This document shows, in pieces, positions 1 through 9,307 of a stretch of 32,000 bases of DNA. The notes under the pieces were generated by a model, which saw only the letters and a program-made list of their open reading frames with translations, did not search any database and was not told the DNA's origin. Origin of the DNA: an uncultured Candidatus Saccharibacteria bacterium (lineage in GTDB: Bacteria > Patescibacteriota > Minisyncoccia > UBA11713 > 2-01-FULL-45-33); NCBI GenBank assembly GCA_964367075.1, contig CAYIWH010000007.1:185-32184 (forward strand), written 5' to 3'. Position 1 is the first letter of the stretch, and every line of letters begins with the position of its first letter. The translations under genes were made by a program, and so were the position numbers.

Positions 1-103
1 TTTAAATCTAAATTTCGTGGTAGACGGTAAGCAAGCAGTAAGGGGCGTTCTATGGAACACCTGCTTTTTATACGCAAGAGATTTGCAATGCTATAATATA
101 AAA

Positions 104-646
104 ATGAACAACAAAATTGAAATAACCACTAAAAATGCTTCCGAAACAAAAAAACTCGGTTCGCTTTTAGCAAAAACAATAATTGATGGAAGTCCGACTT
201 CCATCAATTCAACGATTATTAGCTTGGAGGGAGACCTTGGCACAGGAAAAACTACTTTTACACAAGGATTTGCCGAAGGATTGGGAATTCGCGAAAAAAT
301 TCAAAGCCCAACATATGTAATTTTAAAGATTTATAATTTAACCGCCAGCGCTTCAAGGAAAAGAGCAAATGATATATTTACTAGTGATAAAAAAAATAAA
401 ATTTTATTGAAGCGAGCGAAGGCAAGTGGTAATAAGAAATTTATTCATATTGACGCATATCGTGTGGGACCAAAAGATTTTGTTATATTGGGTTGGAAAA
501 ATTTTATCAAAAATCCAAATAATATTATTATGGTGGAGTGGGGGGATAGAATAAAAAAAATATTACCAAAAAACACCACTCATATTTTATTTTCACATCA
601 AAAATGTGATGAGCGAAAAATAAAATTTTTCAATGAAACAAAATAA
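104..646 (+). CDS. tsaE: tRNA t6A37 biosynthesis ATPase, TsaE/YjeE family
   Basis: P-loop GDLGTGKTTF, then SPTYV, HIDAYR and MVEWG motifs typical of TsaE. The ORF-track start at 17 is a GTG extension; the first ATG (MNNKIEI) is at 104. A ~30-aa Lys/Arg-rich insertion lies between the SPTY and DAYR motifs. Confidence 0.8.
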   Translation: MNNKIEITTKNASETKKLGSLLAKTIIDGSPTSINSTIISLEGDLGTGKTTFTQGFAEGLGIREKIQSPTYVILKIYNLTASASRKRANDIFTSDKKNKILLKRAKASGNKKFIHIDAYRVGPKDFVILGWKNFIKNPNNIIMVEWGDRIKKILPKNTTHILFSHQKCDERKIKFFNETK

Positions 647-3362
647 AGAACAAATTCTGCTTCTTTTGGATACTCACGCGCTTATTCATAGAGCATATCA
701 CGCTCTGCCTCCTTTTCGATCAAAAAGCGGCGAGCCTACAGGCGCGCTTTATGGTCTTTCTTCGATGTTTTTAAAAGCGCTCAATGATTTTAAGCCGGAC
801 TATGTGGTGGCTGCGTTTGATAGGCCAGAGCCAACATTTAGGCACATTGCATTTAAGACTTACAAAGCACAGCGCCCAAAGGCGGATGATGATCTTATTG
901 CTCAATTAAAGCGCGCACACGATATTCTCCTGGCTTTTGGGGTACCAATTTTAGATGCCGCTGGGTTTGAGGCAGATGATATTTTGGGAACAATCGTGGA
1001 ACAGGCAGATAAAATAAAAAATTTAAAAATAATTATTGTTTCTGGCGACGCTGATACTTTTCAGTTGGTTGATGATGATCACATTGTTGTTTATACAATG
1101 CACAAGGGAATTCAAGATACGGTGATTTACGACCAAAAACAAGTGGAGGAAAGATATGGTTTTTTGCCAAAACAATTAATTGATTACAAGGGGCTTCGTG
1201 GAGATGCTTCTGATAATATTGCCGGCGTGCCGGGTATCGGAGAAAAAACAGCCACAAAGCTTATTAAATACTTTGGTACATTAGAAAATTTGTACAAAAC
1301 AATTGAACAAAAAGATTTTGCTTCTCCTTCATTTTTGAAACCGAGAATTCTGGAATTGTTAATGATACACAAAAAAGATGCTTTATTTTCAAAAACTTTG
1401 GCTACAATACGGCGCGATGCGCCGGTACAATTTAATCTACCAAAACATCCATTCGTATTTGATATAGAAGGAGCTAAAAAAATATTTATAAAACTTGGCT
1501 TTGTCGCGCTATTAAGGCGATTGACATCCAGAGAGCCCATAACTCCAATAAAAACAGCTATAAATAAAAGAGAAGCGACCGCCTTGACTCGCGCCGAGCG
1601 AGGCGAACAGGCGAGCCTCTTGTTTTCAAACAATATGCTATCAGGGAAACAACAAAAAAAGAATATAGATATTGTTTCTGCGTGGAAAAATAAAAAAGAT
1701 TTTTGGAAGGAACTACAAGTAATGGACAATCTTTATTTTTATAAAGACGCTGAAAACATATATATGATAGGAGATGAAAAAACATGGAATCTTGAGTATG
1801 AAATTTTTAGCGCACAAAAAGAGTGGCCACCTATTCTTGGATCAAAATTTTTTATTTTCCCATTTGCCAAAGAATTCATTAAAATTTTACAAAAAAATAA
1901 ATTACCTATGCCAAAGCGATATTTTGATTGCGCGTTGGCGTTTTGGGTTTCTGACAGCACATTTCGCGGAGATTCAATAGAAGAACTTTTTCATCACGCA
2001 ATCGGAGAGTCGGCCACAACAGATTTTTATAATGTTCTTATGAGGCTTCCAGATATTCATAAAAAAGCCTCCGAACTACTTAAAAAAAAGAACATAGAGG
2101 CAGTATATTCTGAAATAGAAATTCCATTGATTCCTGTTTTATCTACGATGGAGATCCTCGGTATCGCCGTAGACAAGTCCTTTTTAGAGAAATTCAAAAA
2201 AGAGACGTCATTTTTTCGCGAGAAACTGAAAAAAAATATTTATGCTATTTCCGGTTCCCACTTCAATATTGATTCCCCGGCGCAAGTGGGAGATATTCTG
2301 GTAAATAAATTAAATATTGTCCAAACAAATAAAAAAGGAACGTCAACAAAATGGAAGCTTACCAGTACAGGCAAAATCTCTACACGAGAAAGCGAGCTTG
2401 TAAAATTACAGGACGAGTATCCGATTATAAAATTGATATTGGAATATAGAGAATTATCAAAAATTTTGACTACATATATTGAGCCTCTGTTGGAGCTTTC
2501 AAAAATTGACGGAAGAATTCACACGACATTTAATCAAGAAGGAACTGTCACTGGCAGATTGTCATCCGACTCTCCCAATTTGCAAAACATCCCGATTCGT
2601 AGCGATTTCAGCGCCAGAATTCGCAATGCCTTTGTATCTTCTCATGGTTTTACGCTCGTATCATTTGATTACGCGCAGATAGAGTTAAAAATTTTAGCTT
2701 CACTGGCGAACGACACAAAAATGATAAACGCATTTAAAAATGGCATAGATATTCATCTACTTACAGCGGCAGAAATAAATAATATTGCCTTGGACAAGGT
2801 GACGCAAAAAATGCGAAGCGCCGCAAAAGCAATAAATTTCGGAATTATTTATGGAATGGGCATACGACAGCTGGCTCAAAATACAGGCATGACACAAGAT
2901 GAGGCATCAAAATTTTATAAAGAATATTTTGATGACTTTCCGAAGATCAGAGGATATATAGATGAAGTAAAAAAATTTGTTCACAAAAATGGTTTTGTTT
3001 CTACTTTATATGGACGCAGGCGATTTTTTGATTTGCAAAACACTCAAGGAAATAGATTTTTGGAAGCAGAAATGGAACGCATGGCAGTAAACGCAATTAT
3101 TCAAGGAACAGATTCCGATATTATGAAACAGGCCATGATTGCTGTTTACAACAAATTTGATTCGCAGACAGTGAGGCCGCTTTTACAAATTCACGATGAG
3201 ATGATCTACGAAATTTCTGACAATGTCGTTAATGGCGTCATTTTTCAGATAAAAAGAATAATGGAAAATATTTCTATTATTGAAGCCCCGCTTAGTGTTG
3301 AGGTAAAAATCGGGAAGCGCTGGAGCGAACTTAAATCAATAAGAGATACCACAAATCAATGA
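633..3362 (+). CDS. polA: DNA polymerase I (5'-3' exonuclease plus family A polymerase)
   Basis: N-terminal FEN/5'-3' exonuclease domain (LLLDTHALIHRAYHA, GVPGIGEKTA). Polymerase motif A DYAQIELKILA, motif B RSAAKAINFGIIYGMG, motif C QIHDEMIYE. The central domain has no obvious DxE ExoI motif. Overlaps tsaE by 14 nt. Confidence 0.95.
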   Translation: MKQNKEQILLLLDTHALIHRAYHALPPFRSKSGEPTGALYGLSSMFLKALNDFKPDYVVAAFDRPEPTFRHIAFKTYKAQRPKADDDLIAQLKRAHDILLAFGVPILDAAGFEADDILGTIVEQADKIKNLKIIIVSGDADTFQLVDDDHIVVYTMHKGIQDTVIYDQKQVEERYGFLPKQLIDYKGLRGDASDNIAGVPGIGEKTATKLIKYFGTLENLYKTIEQKDFASPSFLKPRILELLMIHKKDALFSKTLATIRRDAPVQFNLPKHPFVFDIEGAKKIFIKLGFVALLRRLTSREPITPIKTAINKREATALTRAERGEQASLLFSNNMLSGKQQKKNIDIVSAWKNKKDFWKELQVMDNLYFYKDAENIYMIGDEKTWNLEYEIFSAQKEWPPILGSKFFIFPFAKEFIKILQKNKLPMPKRYFDCALAFWVSDSTFRGDSIEELFHHAIGESATTDFYNVLMRLPDIHKKASELLKKKNIEAVYSEIEIPLIPVLSTMEILGIAVDKSFLEKFKKETSFFREKLKKNIYAISGSHFNIDSPAQVGDILVNKLNIVQTNKKGTSTKWKLTSTGKISTRESELVKLQDEYPIIKLILEYRELSKILTTYIEPLLELSKIDGRIHTTFNQEGTVTGRLSSDSPNLQNIPIRSDFSARIRNAFVSSHGFTLVSFDYAQIELKILASLANDTKMINAFKNGIDIHLLTAAEINNIALDKVTQKMRSAAKAINFGIIYGMGIRQLAQNTGMTQDEASKFYKEYFDDFPKIRGYIDEVKKFVHKNGFVSTLYGRRRFFDLQNTQGNRFLEAEMERMAVNAIIQGTDSDIMKQAMIAVYNKFDSQTVRPLLQIHDEMIYEISDNVVNGVIFQIKRIMENISIIEAPLSVEVKIGKRWSELKSIRDTTNQ

Positions 3363-3386
3363 TATTAACATGCTCAAGCTCGCTAT

Positions 3387-3415
3387 TTGTGCTAAAATTG
3401 ACAGTATATTATAAT
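3387..3415 (+). promoter_or_regulatory. Predicted sigma70-type promoter (-35 TTGTGC, 17-nt spacer, -10 TATAAT) placed 8 nt before the ATG
   Basis: TTGTGC at 3387-3392 and TATAAT at 3410-3415, with the ATG at 3424. There is no purine-rich SD in between, which suggests a leaderless or near-leaderless mRNA. Confidence 0.35.
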
Positions 3416-3423
3416 ATCAATAT

Positions 3424-3822
3424 ATGGCAGAACAGAATGCAAATACACAAAAAGTTCTTATTATTGAGGACGACAAGTTTCTTCGGGATCTTATTCAACA
3501 AAAGCTAAACAAAGAAGGCTTTTTGACCGTGGTTGCTAGCGATGGAGAAGAAGGGGTACGCGTTGCTCAATCGGAGGTTCCGCACCTTGTATTGCTTGAT
3601 CTTATTTTACCAGGCATTGATGGGTTCGAGGTATTAAAACAACTCAAAGGAGATCAAAAAACATCATCCATTCCCGTTATTGTACTATCGAATCTAGGAC
3701 AAAAAGAAGACATGGAGCGAACCCTAAAAAATGGGGCAGAAGATTTTATGGTGAAAGCACACTTTACACCAAACGAAATTGTTACAAAAGTACGAGCCAC
3801 GCTCAAGGCAAAATATTTTTAA
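3424..3822 (+). CDS. Single-domain response regulator (CheY-like receiver only)
   Basis: Acidic pocket IIEDDKF, phospho-acceptor context VLLDLILPGIDG, VLSN, conserved Lys in FMVKAHF. No output domain. Confidence 0.85.
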   Translation: MAEQNANTQKVLIIEDDKFLRDLIQQKLNKEGFLTVVASDGEEGVRVAQSEVPHLVLLDLILPGIDGFEVLKQLKGDQKTSSIPVIVLSNLGQKEDMERTLKNGAEDFMVKAHFTPNEIVTKVRATLKAKYF

Positions 3823-3828
3823 AAAAGG

Positions 3829-4749
3829 ATGGTTTATTTACTTTTTGGAGAAAATTCATACCGAGCATTTCAAAAGATCGCGGATATAAAATCCGCGTTT
3901 TATAAAAAAGGCGGGAAGAATTTAGCTGTTGTTGAAATGAGCGGGTATGATGCATCTATGGAAGAAATATTAGAATCTATTGGAGCCGGCAATTTATTTG
4001 CAACACGCCGACTTATTGTTTTAAAGCGTGCTATCGAAACGCATCCGCGCCTTATTAATTTCATCGAAGAAAATAAAAAAGAACTTATGGCGCCAAATGA
4101 CGTTTTTATATTTTGGGAACGCAATTTTTCAAATAACAACAAGGCTCTGTTATTATTTAAAAAAATTGCAGAAAAAATCGAAGAAACAAATATAAGATCG
4201 TTTAATGAATTAGATCTATGGTTTCGAAAAGAAGCTGACGCGAGAGAAATTCAAACAAGCTCGCAACAGCGCAAAACAATGATTGAAAAGCAATCTATTT
4301 TATATGGCGAAGCATCAGAATGGGCGCTTTTACAGGAGCTTGAAAAAATAACGCTTGGTGGAGAAAAAAACGCGGGTACTAATCAAAAGCAAATTCAAAC
4401 AACTAACAATCTTATTTTTTCATTTGTTGACAGAATTTTTGGCAATAAATTTTCACGCGCTCTTATTGTATTTCGCCAATCTAAACAAGAGGGCATTGGC
4501 GAGGCTGATTTGTTCCGAATGTTTTTATGGAAATTAAAAAACATTTTTATTGTAAAAAACGGAGAAACAAAAAAATTAAATTCGTACGTGGCGCAAAAAA
4601 CATCCGTTGACGCGGTGCAATTTGACGACAAAAATATTTTAGACGCGTTTTGGGAAGGGATATTGACTGACTCCGCGCTCAAGCGCGATAACAAAAACAC
4701 CGACGAACATATCGAAAGTTATATTCTCTCAATGAAAAATCCAAAGTAA
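3829..4749 (+). CDS. holA: DNA polymerase III delta subunit-like protein
   Basis: The N-terminal VYLLFGENSY pattern, size and helical C-terminus resemble HolA. This is a family-level resemblance only. Confidence 0.55.
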   Translation: MVYLLFGENSYRAFQKIADIKSAFYKKGGKNLAVVEMSGYDASMEEILESIGAGNLFATRRLIVLKRAIETHPRLINFIEENKKELMAPNDVFIFWERNFSNNNKALLLFKKIAEKIEETNIRSFNELDLWFRKEADAREIQTSSQQRKTMIEKQSILYGEASEWALLQELEKITLGGEKNAGTNQKQIQTTNNLIFSFVDRIFGNKFSRALIVFRQSKQEGIGEADLFRMFLWKLKNIFIVKNGETKKLNSYVAQKTSVDAVQFDDKNILDAFWEGILTDSALKRDNKNTDEHIESYILSMKNPK

Positions 4750-4754
4750 AATAT

Positions 4755-5015
4755 TTATTGCTTCCCGGCGAGTTTTGCGAGGCGAGATTTCATCCTAGAG
4801 GCTTTGTTTTTTTGAATGAGGTGTTTTTTAGCCGCCTTGTCTATTGTCTTGTATGCCGAAGAAAGAGCTTTTTTTGAGTCCTCTATATTTTTTGCAACAA
4901 CAAATTTTTGTACTGTTTTTACCGCAATACGCACAGCGTCTTTCCATTTTCGATTTCTTGCTTCTCTGCTTTTGGCTTGTCGCAAAGCCTTTTTAGCTGA
5001 TTTGATGATTGGCAT
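4755..5015 (-). CDS. rpsT: 30S ribosomal protein S20
   Basis: MPIIKSAKKALRQAKSREARN is a canonical S20 N-terminus. The ATG at 5015 is preferred over the TTG at 5024. Lies immediately downstream of uvrB on the minus strand. Confidence 0.9.
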   Translation of the reverse strand: MPIIKSAKKALRQAKSREARNRKWKDAVRIAVKTVQKFVVAKNIEDSKKALSSAYKTIDKAAKKHLIQKNKASRMKSRLAKLAGKQ

Positions 5016-5032
5016 ATATGACAATAAGATTA

Positions 5033-7039
<2,007 letters not shown>

Positions 7040-7043
7040 ATTT

Positions 7044-7056
7044 TAGTGTAACACTA
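7044..7056. promoter_or_regulatory. Perfect 13-bp palindrome TAGTGTAACACTA, 4 nt upstream of the uvrB start codon (candidate operator)
   Basis: Read directly from the sequence. On the uvrB strand the context is CATAATA-TAGTGTTACACTA-AAAT-ATG, so the palindrome lies between a -10-like element and the ATG. Confidence 0.35.
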
Positions 7057-7136
7057 TATTATGTGGCGTGCTGTTTTACAAGAAAATGCATATAACAATA
7101 ATTTGACTTTAAAGCTGGGTATGATATTCTGATCTT

Positions 7137-7302
7137 AAGGGGTGTAAGCTTCACCCAATCGCCTAATAAGCGAAAGGGCCTAGCCACCGCGGATGGCGAA
7201 GGATGAGACTACAGCCACGCGCAAAGCGTGTGGCAAAGTAGCAAAGAGGAGGCCTCTCCCCCCACCGACTTGAAGGGTTCCAAACGGGACCCTTCTTTTT
7301 TT
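7137..7302 (+). ncRNA. Candidate structured small RNA of unknown class
   Basis: GC-rich island in the 296-nt uvrB-ruvA spacer. Upstream promoter: TTGACT (7103-7108), TG-A-TATTCT (7122-7130). Internal hairpins GGGTG/CACCC (7139-7156) and GCCACGCG/CGTGTGGC (7214-7234). Ends in an intrinsic terminator. The only ORF here (7209..7679, minus) is antisense to ruvA and implausible. Confidence 0.4.
7275..7302 (+). terminator. Rho-independent terminator
   Basis: GGGTTCC-AAAC-GGGACCC stem-loop followed by TTCTTTTTTT. Confidence 0.7.
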
Positions 7303-7335
7303 GTTGTCAAACAAATATTAATGTAAGATAAAACA

Positions 7336-7911
7336 ATGATAGGGCATATTGAAGGGAAGATTATTTTTAAAGGGGAGAGGCATGTGGTGGTAAATGCCAA
7401 TGGAGTTGGATATAAAATATTTTTACCACTTTCCGCGCTCAAGACATCAGTCATAGGGAATACCGGAAGCTTTTGGACGCATTTGCATGTGCGAGAAGAC
7501 GCGATGGATCTATTTGGATTTTTACATCCAAGTGAATTGGAGTTTTTTGAAATGCTGATTGGGATATCTGGAATTGGTCCAAGATCTGCTTTGGGAGTGA
7601 TGGCTTTGGCTCCTGTTGATACGATAAAGAAGGCGATTGCCGCTGGAGACACATCGTACCTCACAAAAGTGTCCGGCATCGGAAGAAAAACTGCGGAAAA
7701 AATTGTCTTAGAATTAAAAGAAAAAATGGGATTTGGGAAGACGGCTTATGGCGGAGAAGATCTACAATACGATACGGATATTTTAGACGCGCTTGTCGCT
7801 TTGGGATATTCCATGATGCAGGCACGCGATGTGCTTGGACATATTCCAGCATCCTTACAAGGCCGCGAAGCGCGCCTCAAAGAAGCATTAAAAATGTTGG
7901 GGAAGAAATAA
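7336..7911 (+). CDS. ruvA: Holliday junction branch-migration complex subunit RuvA
   Basis: MIGHIEGKI...VVVNANGVGYKIF N-terminal OB domain and two HhH motifs (GISGIGPRSA, VSGIGRKTAEKI). Confidence 0.9.
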   Translation: MIGHIEGKIIFKGERHVVVNANGVGYKIFLPLSALKTSVIGNTGSFWTHLHVREDAMDLFGFLHPSELEFFEMLIGISGIGPRSALGVMALAPVDTIKKAIAAGDTSYLTKVSGIGRKTAEKIVLELKEKMGFGKTAYGGEDLQYDTDILDALVALGYSMMQARDVLGHIPASLQGREARLKEALKMLGKK

Positions 7912-7924
7912 ATTTGTTCAACAA

Positions 7925-9028
7925 ATGAAAATAATAAAAGTGCAGCTTGGGAAAAGAAGCTACCCGATTGTTATAGGTAAGGGAATTATAAAATCGTTTA
8001 GTTTTAAAAAATTAAAAGCAAGTAAATTTGTTATTATTACCGATACAAGCGTAGATAACCTTTTCGCCAAAAAATTAGAAAATTATTTAAAACGATCAGG
8101 CTTTTTGGTGGACAAGATCGTAATTCCTGTTGGAGAAAAATCTAAAACATGGAATGTTGTAGGCAATATAATCAAACAATTGGCCAAAAACAAAACTCAA
8201 AAAGACGCACTAATTATTTCTTTGGGTGGAGGAGTTGTTGGGGATATTTCGGGGTTCGCGGCATCCATATATAAAAGAGGCATTCGATATATTCATATAC
8301 CGACAACCTTGCTTGCGGGGGTTGATAGTAGTATTGGTGGCAAGACAGGAGTGAATTTACAGGAAGGAAAAAATTTGGTCGGCACGATATATCAACCTAC
8401 GGTCGTGTTGATTGATACGGAATATTTAAAAAATCTTCCGGAAAAAGACATTCAAAATGGGCTCGCAGAAGTTATTAAGCATGCTGTTATCACTGACAAG
8501 AACCTTTTTGGATATTTAGAAAAAAATATTTTACGGCGAGACCACGATTTTTTTGAACATATTATTACAAAATCAGTAGAGATAAAGGCAAAAATTGTAT
8601 CAAACGACGAGTTTGAAGCAGAGGGCAGAAAGATTTTGAATTTTGGGCATACTATTGGGCACTCAATTGAGATGCTATCTAATCATAAAGTTTCGCACGG
8701 CGAAGCGGTGGCAATAGGCATGATTTACGAAACAAAAATCTCACAAAAACTTGGAATTATGAGCGAACAAGATGTAGAAAGGCTGGAATCGCTTCTTAAG
8801 TTTGTGGGCTTGCCAACAAAATATTCATTTACAAAAAACAACATTGATAAAGCCATCGCTATAATGAAACAAGACAAAAAATCAAAAAATGATAAATTAT
8901 ATTTTGTGTTTTCCAGCAAGATCGGTAGCATAAAAAGAAATGGAAATATTGTGTCATTCCCAGTGAGTGAATTTATAGTAAAAAATAGTATTTTACAACA
9001 AGACATAAAAAGACTCGCGAAGAAATAA
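7925..9028 (+). CDS. aroB: 3-dehydroquinate synthase family (sugar-phosphate cyclase) protein
   Basis: GGGVVGDISGFAASIYKRGIRYIHIPTTLLAGVDSSIGGKTGVNL and NFGHTIGHSIE...HGEAVAIG metal/NAD motifs of the AroB superfamily. Confidence 0.8.
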   Translation: MKIIKVQLGKRSYPIVIGKGIIKSFSFKKLKASKFVIITDTSVDNLFAKKLENYLKRSGFLVDKIVIPVGEKSKTWNVVGNIIKQLAKNKTQKDALIISLGGGVVGDISGFAASIYKRGIRYIHIPTTLLAGVDSSIGGKTGVNLQEGKNLVGTIYQPTVVLIDTEYLKNLPEKDIQNGLAEVIKHAVITDKNLFGYLEKNILRRDHDFFEHIITKSVEIKAKIVSNDEFEAEGRKILNFGHTIGHSIEMLSNHKVSHGEAVAIGMIYETKISQKLGIMSEQDVERLESLLKFVGLPTKYSFTKNNIDKAIAIMKQDKKSKNDKLYFVFSSKIGSIKRNGNIVSFPVSEFIVKNSILQQDIKRLAKK

Positions 9029-9030
9029 AA

Positions 9031-9046
9031 AAGCCCAAAAGGGCTT
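9031..9046. terminator. Hairpin shared by convergent genes (AAGCCC-AAAA-GGGCTT)
   Basis: Perfect 6-bp stem flanked by an A-run on one side. Overlaps the stop codon of the minus-strand zinc-ribbon gene. Confidence 0.5.
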
Positions 9047-9236
9047 AGTCGTACATAATTCTGAGCCAGAATAGATTTTCACATTTGATACTACAAAGAT
9101 CGGCGCCTGTGTGATGTAAATAAAGAACTTTTTTAACTTTTTTGCCACAAACATCGCATGTGGTGTTTTTTTGTTTGAATTGAACTGCGATTCCTTTTCT
9201 TTTCATTTCTTCGCATTGAGCGCATTTTTCAGTCAT
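9045..9236 (-). CDS. Small zinc-ribbon protein (two CxxC pairs)
   Basis: CAQC...CDVCGKK plus a C-terminal CSIKC. GGAGG sits 9 nt upstream of the ATG at 9236; the ORF-track start at 9245 is a TTG. Confidence 0.5.
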   Translation of the reverse strand: MTEKCAQCEEMKRKGIAVQFKQKNTTCDVCGKKVKKVLYLHHTGADLCSIKCENLFWLRIMYD

Positions 9237-9307
9237 GTAAATCAACCTCCAATAAACATCTGTCTAAAAAGATAGCAAAACAGGCAAAAATAAGCAATAA
9301 TAGAAAA

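Noticed and set aside
17-103. N-terminal extensions from the ORF track: tsaE from GTG 17, ferredoxin from 16515, oxidoreductase from 16792, L28 from 26840, rpsT from 5024, EamA from 24858
   Set aside because: The extensions add non-conserved residues, start at non-ATG codons or overlap upstream genes. Internal ATGs reproduce the canonical family N-termini.
1033-1960. Minus-strand ORFs (1033..1257, 1184..1729, 1558..1785, 1739..1960) and plus-strand alternative-frame ORFs (1774..1980, 2479..2682) inside polA
   Set aside because: They lie entirely within a well-supported polA reading frame. Their low-complexity, Cys/Phe/Ser-rich translations are typical of antisense or off-frame ORFs in AT-rich DNA.
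7137-7302. Assignment of the uvrB-ruvA RNA candidate to SRP RNA, RNase P RNA, tmRNA, or the c-di-GMP-I, fluoride or Mn2+ (yybP) riboswitches
   Set aside because: The defining conserved cores (GGAAGCAGC with a GNRA loop; GAGGAAAGUCC; a tmRNA tag ORF and tRNA-like ends; riboswitch junction sequences) are not present. Only short ambiguous resemblances exist, so the class is left open.
7209-7679. 156-aa minus-strand ORF spanning the ncRNA candidate and the 5' half of ruvA
   Set aside because: It overlaps ruvA in antisense and has no recognisable motifs. The GC-rich part is better explained by RNA structure plus a terminator.
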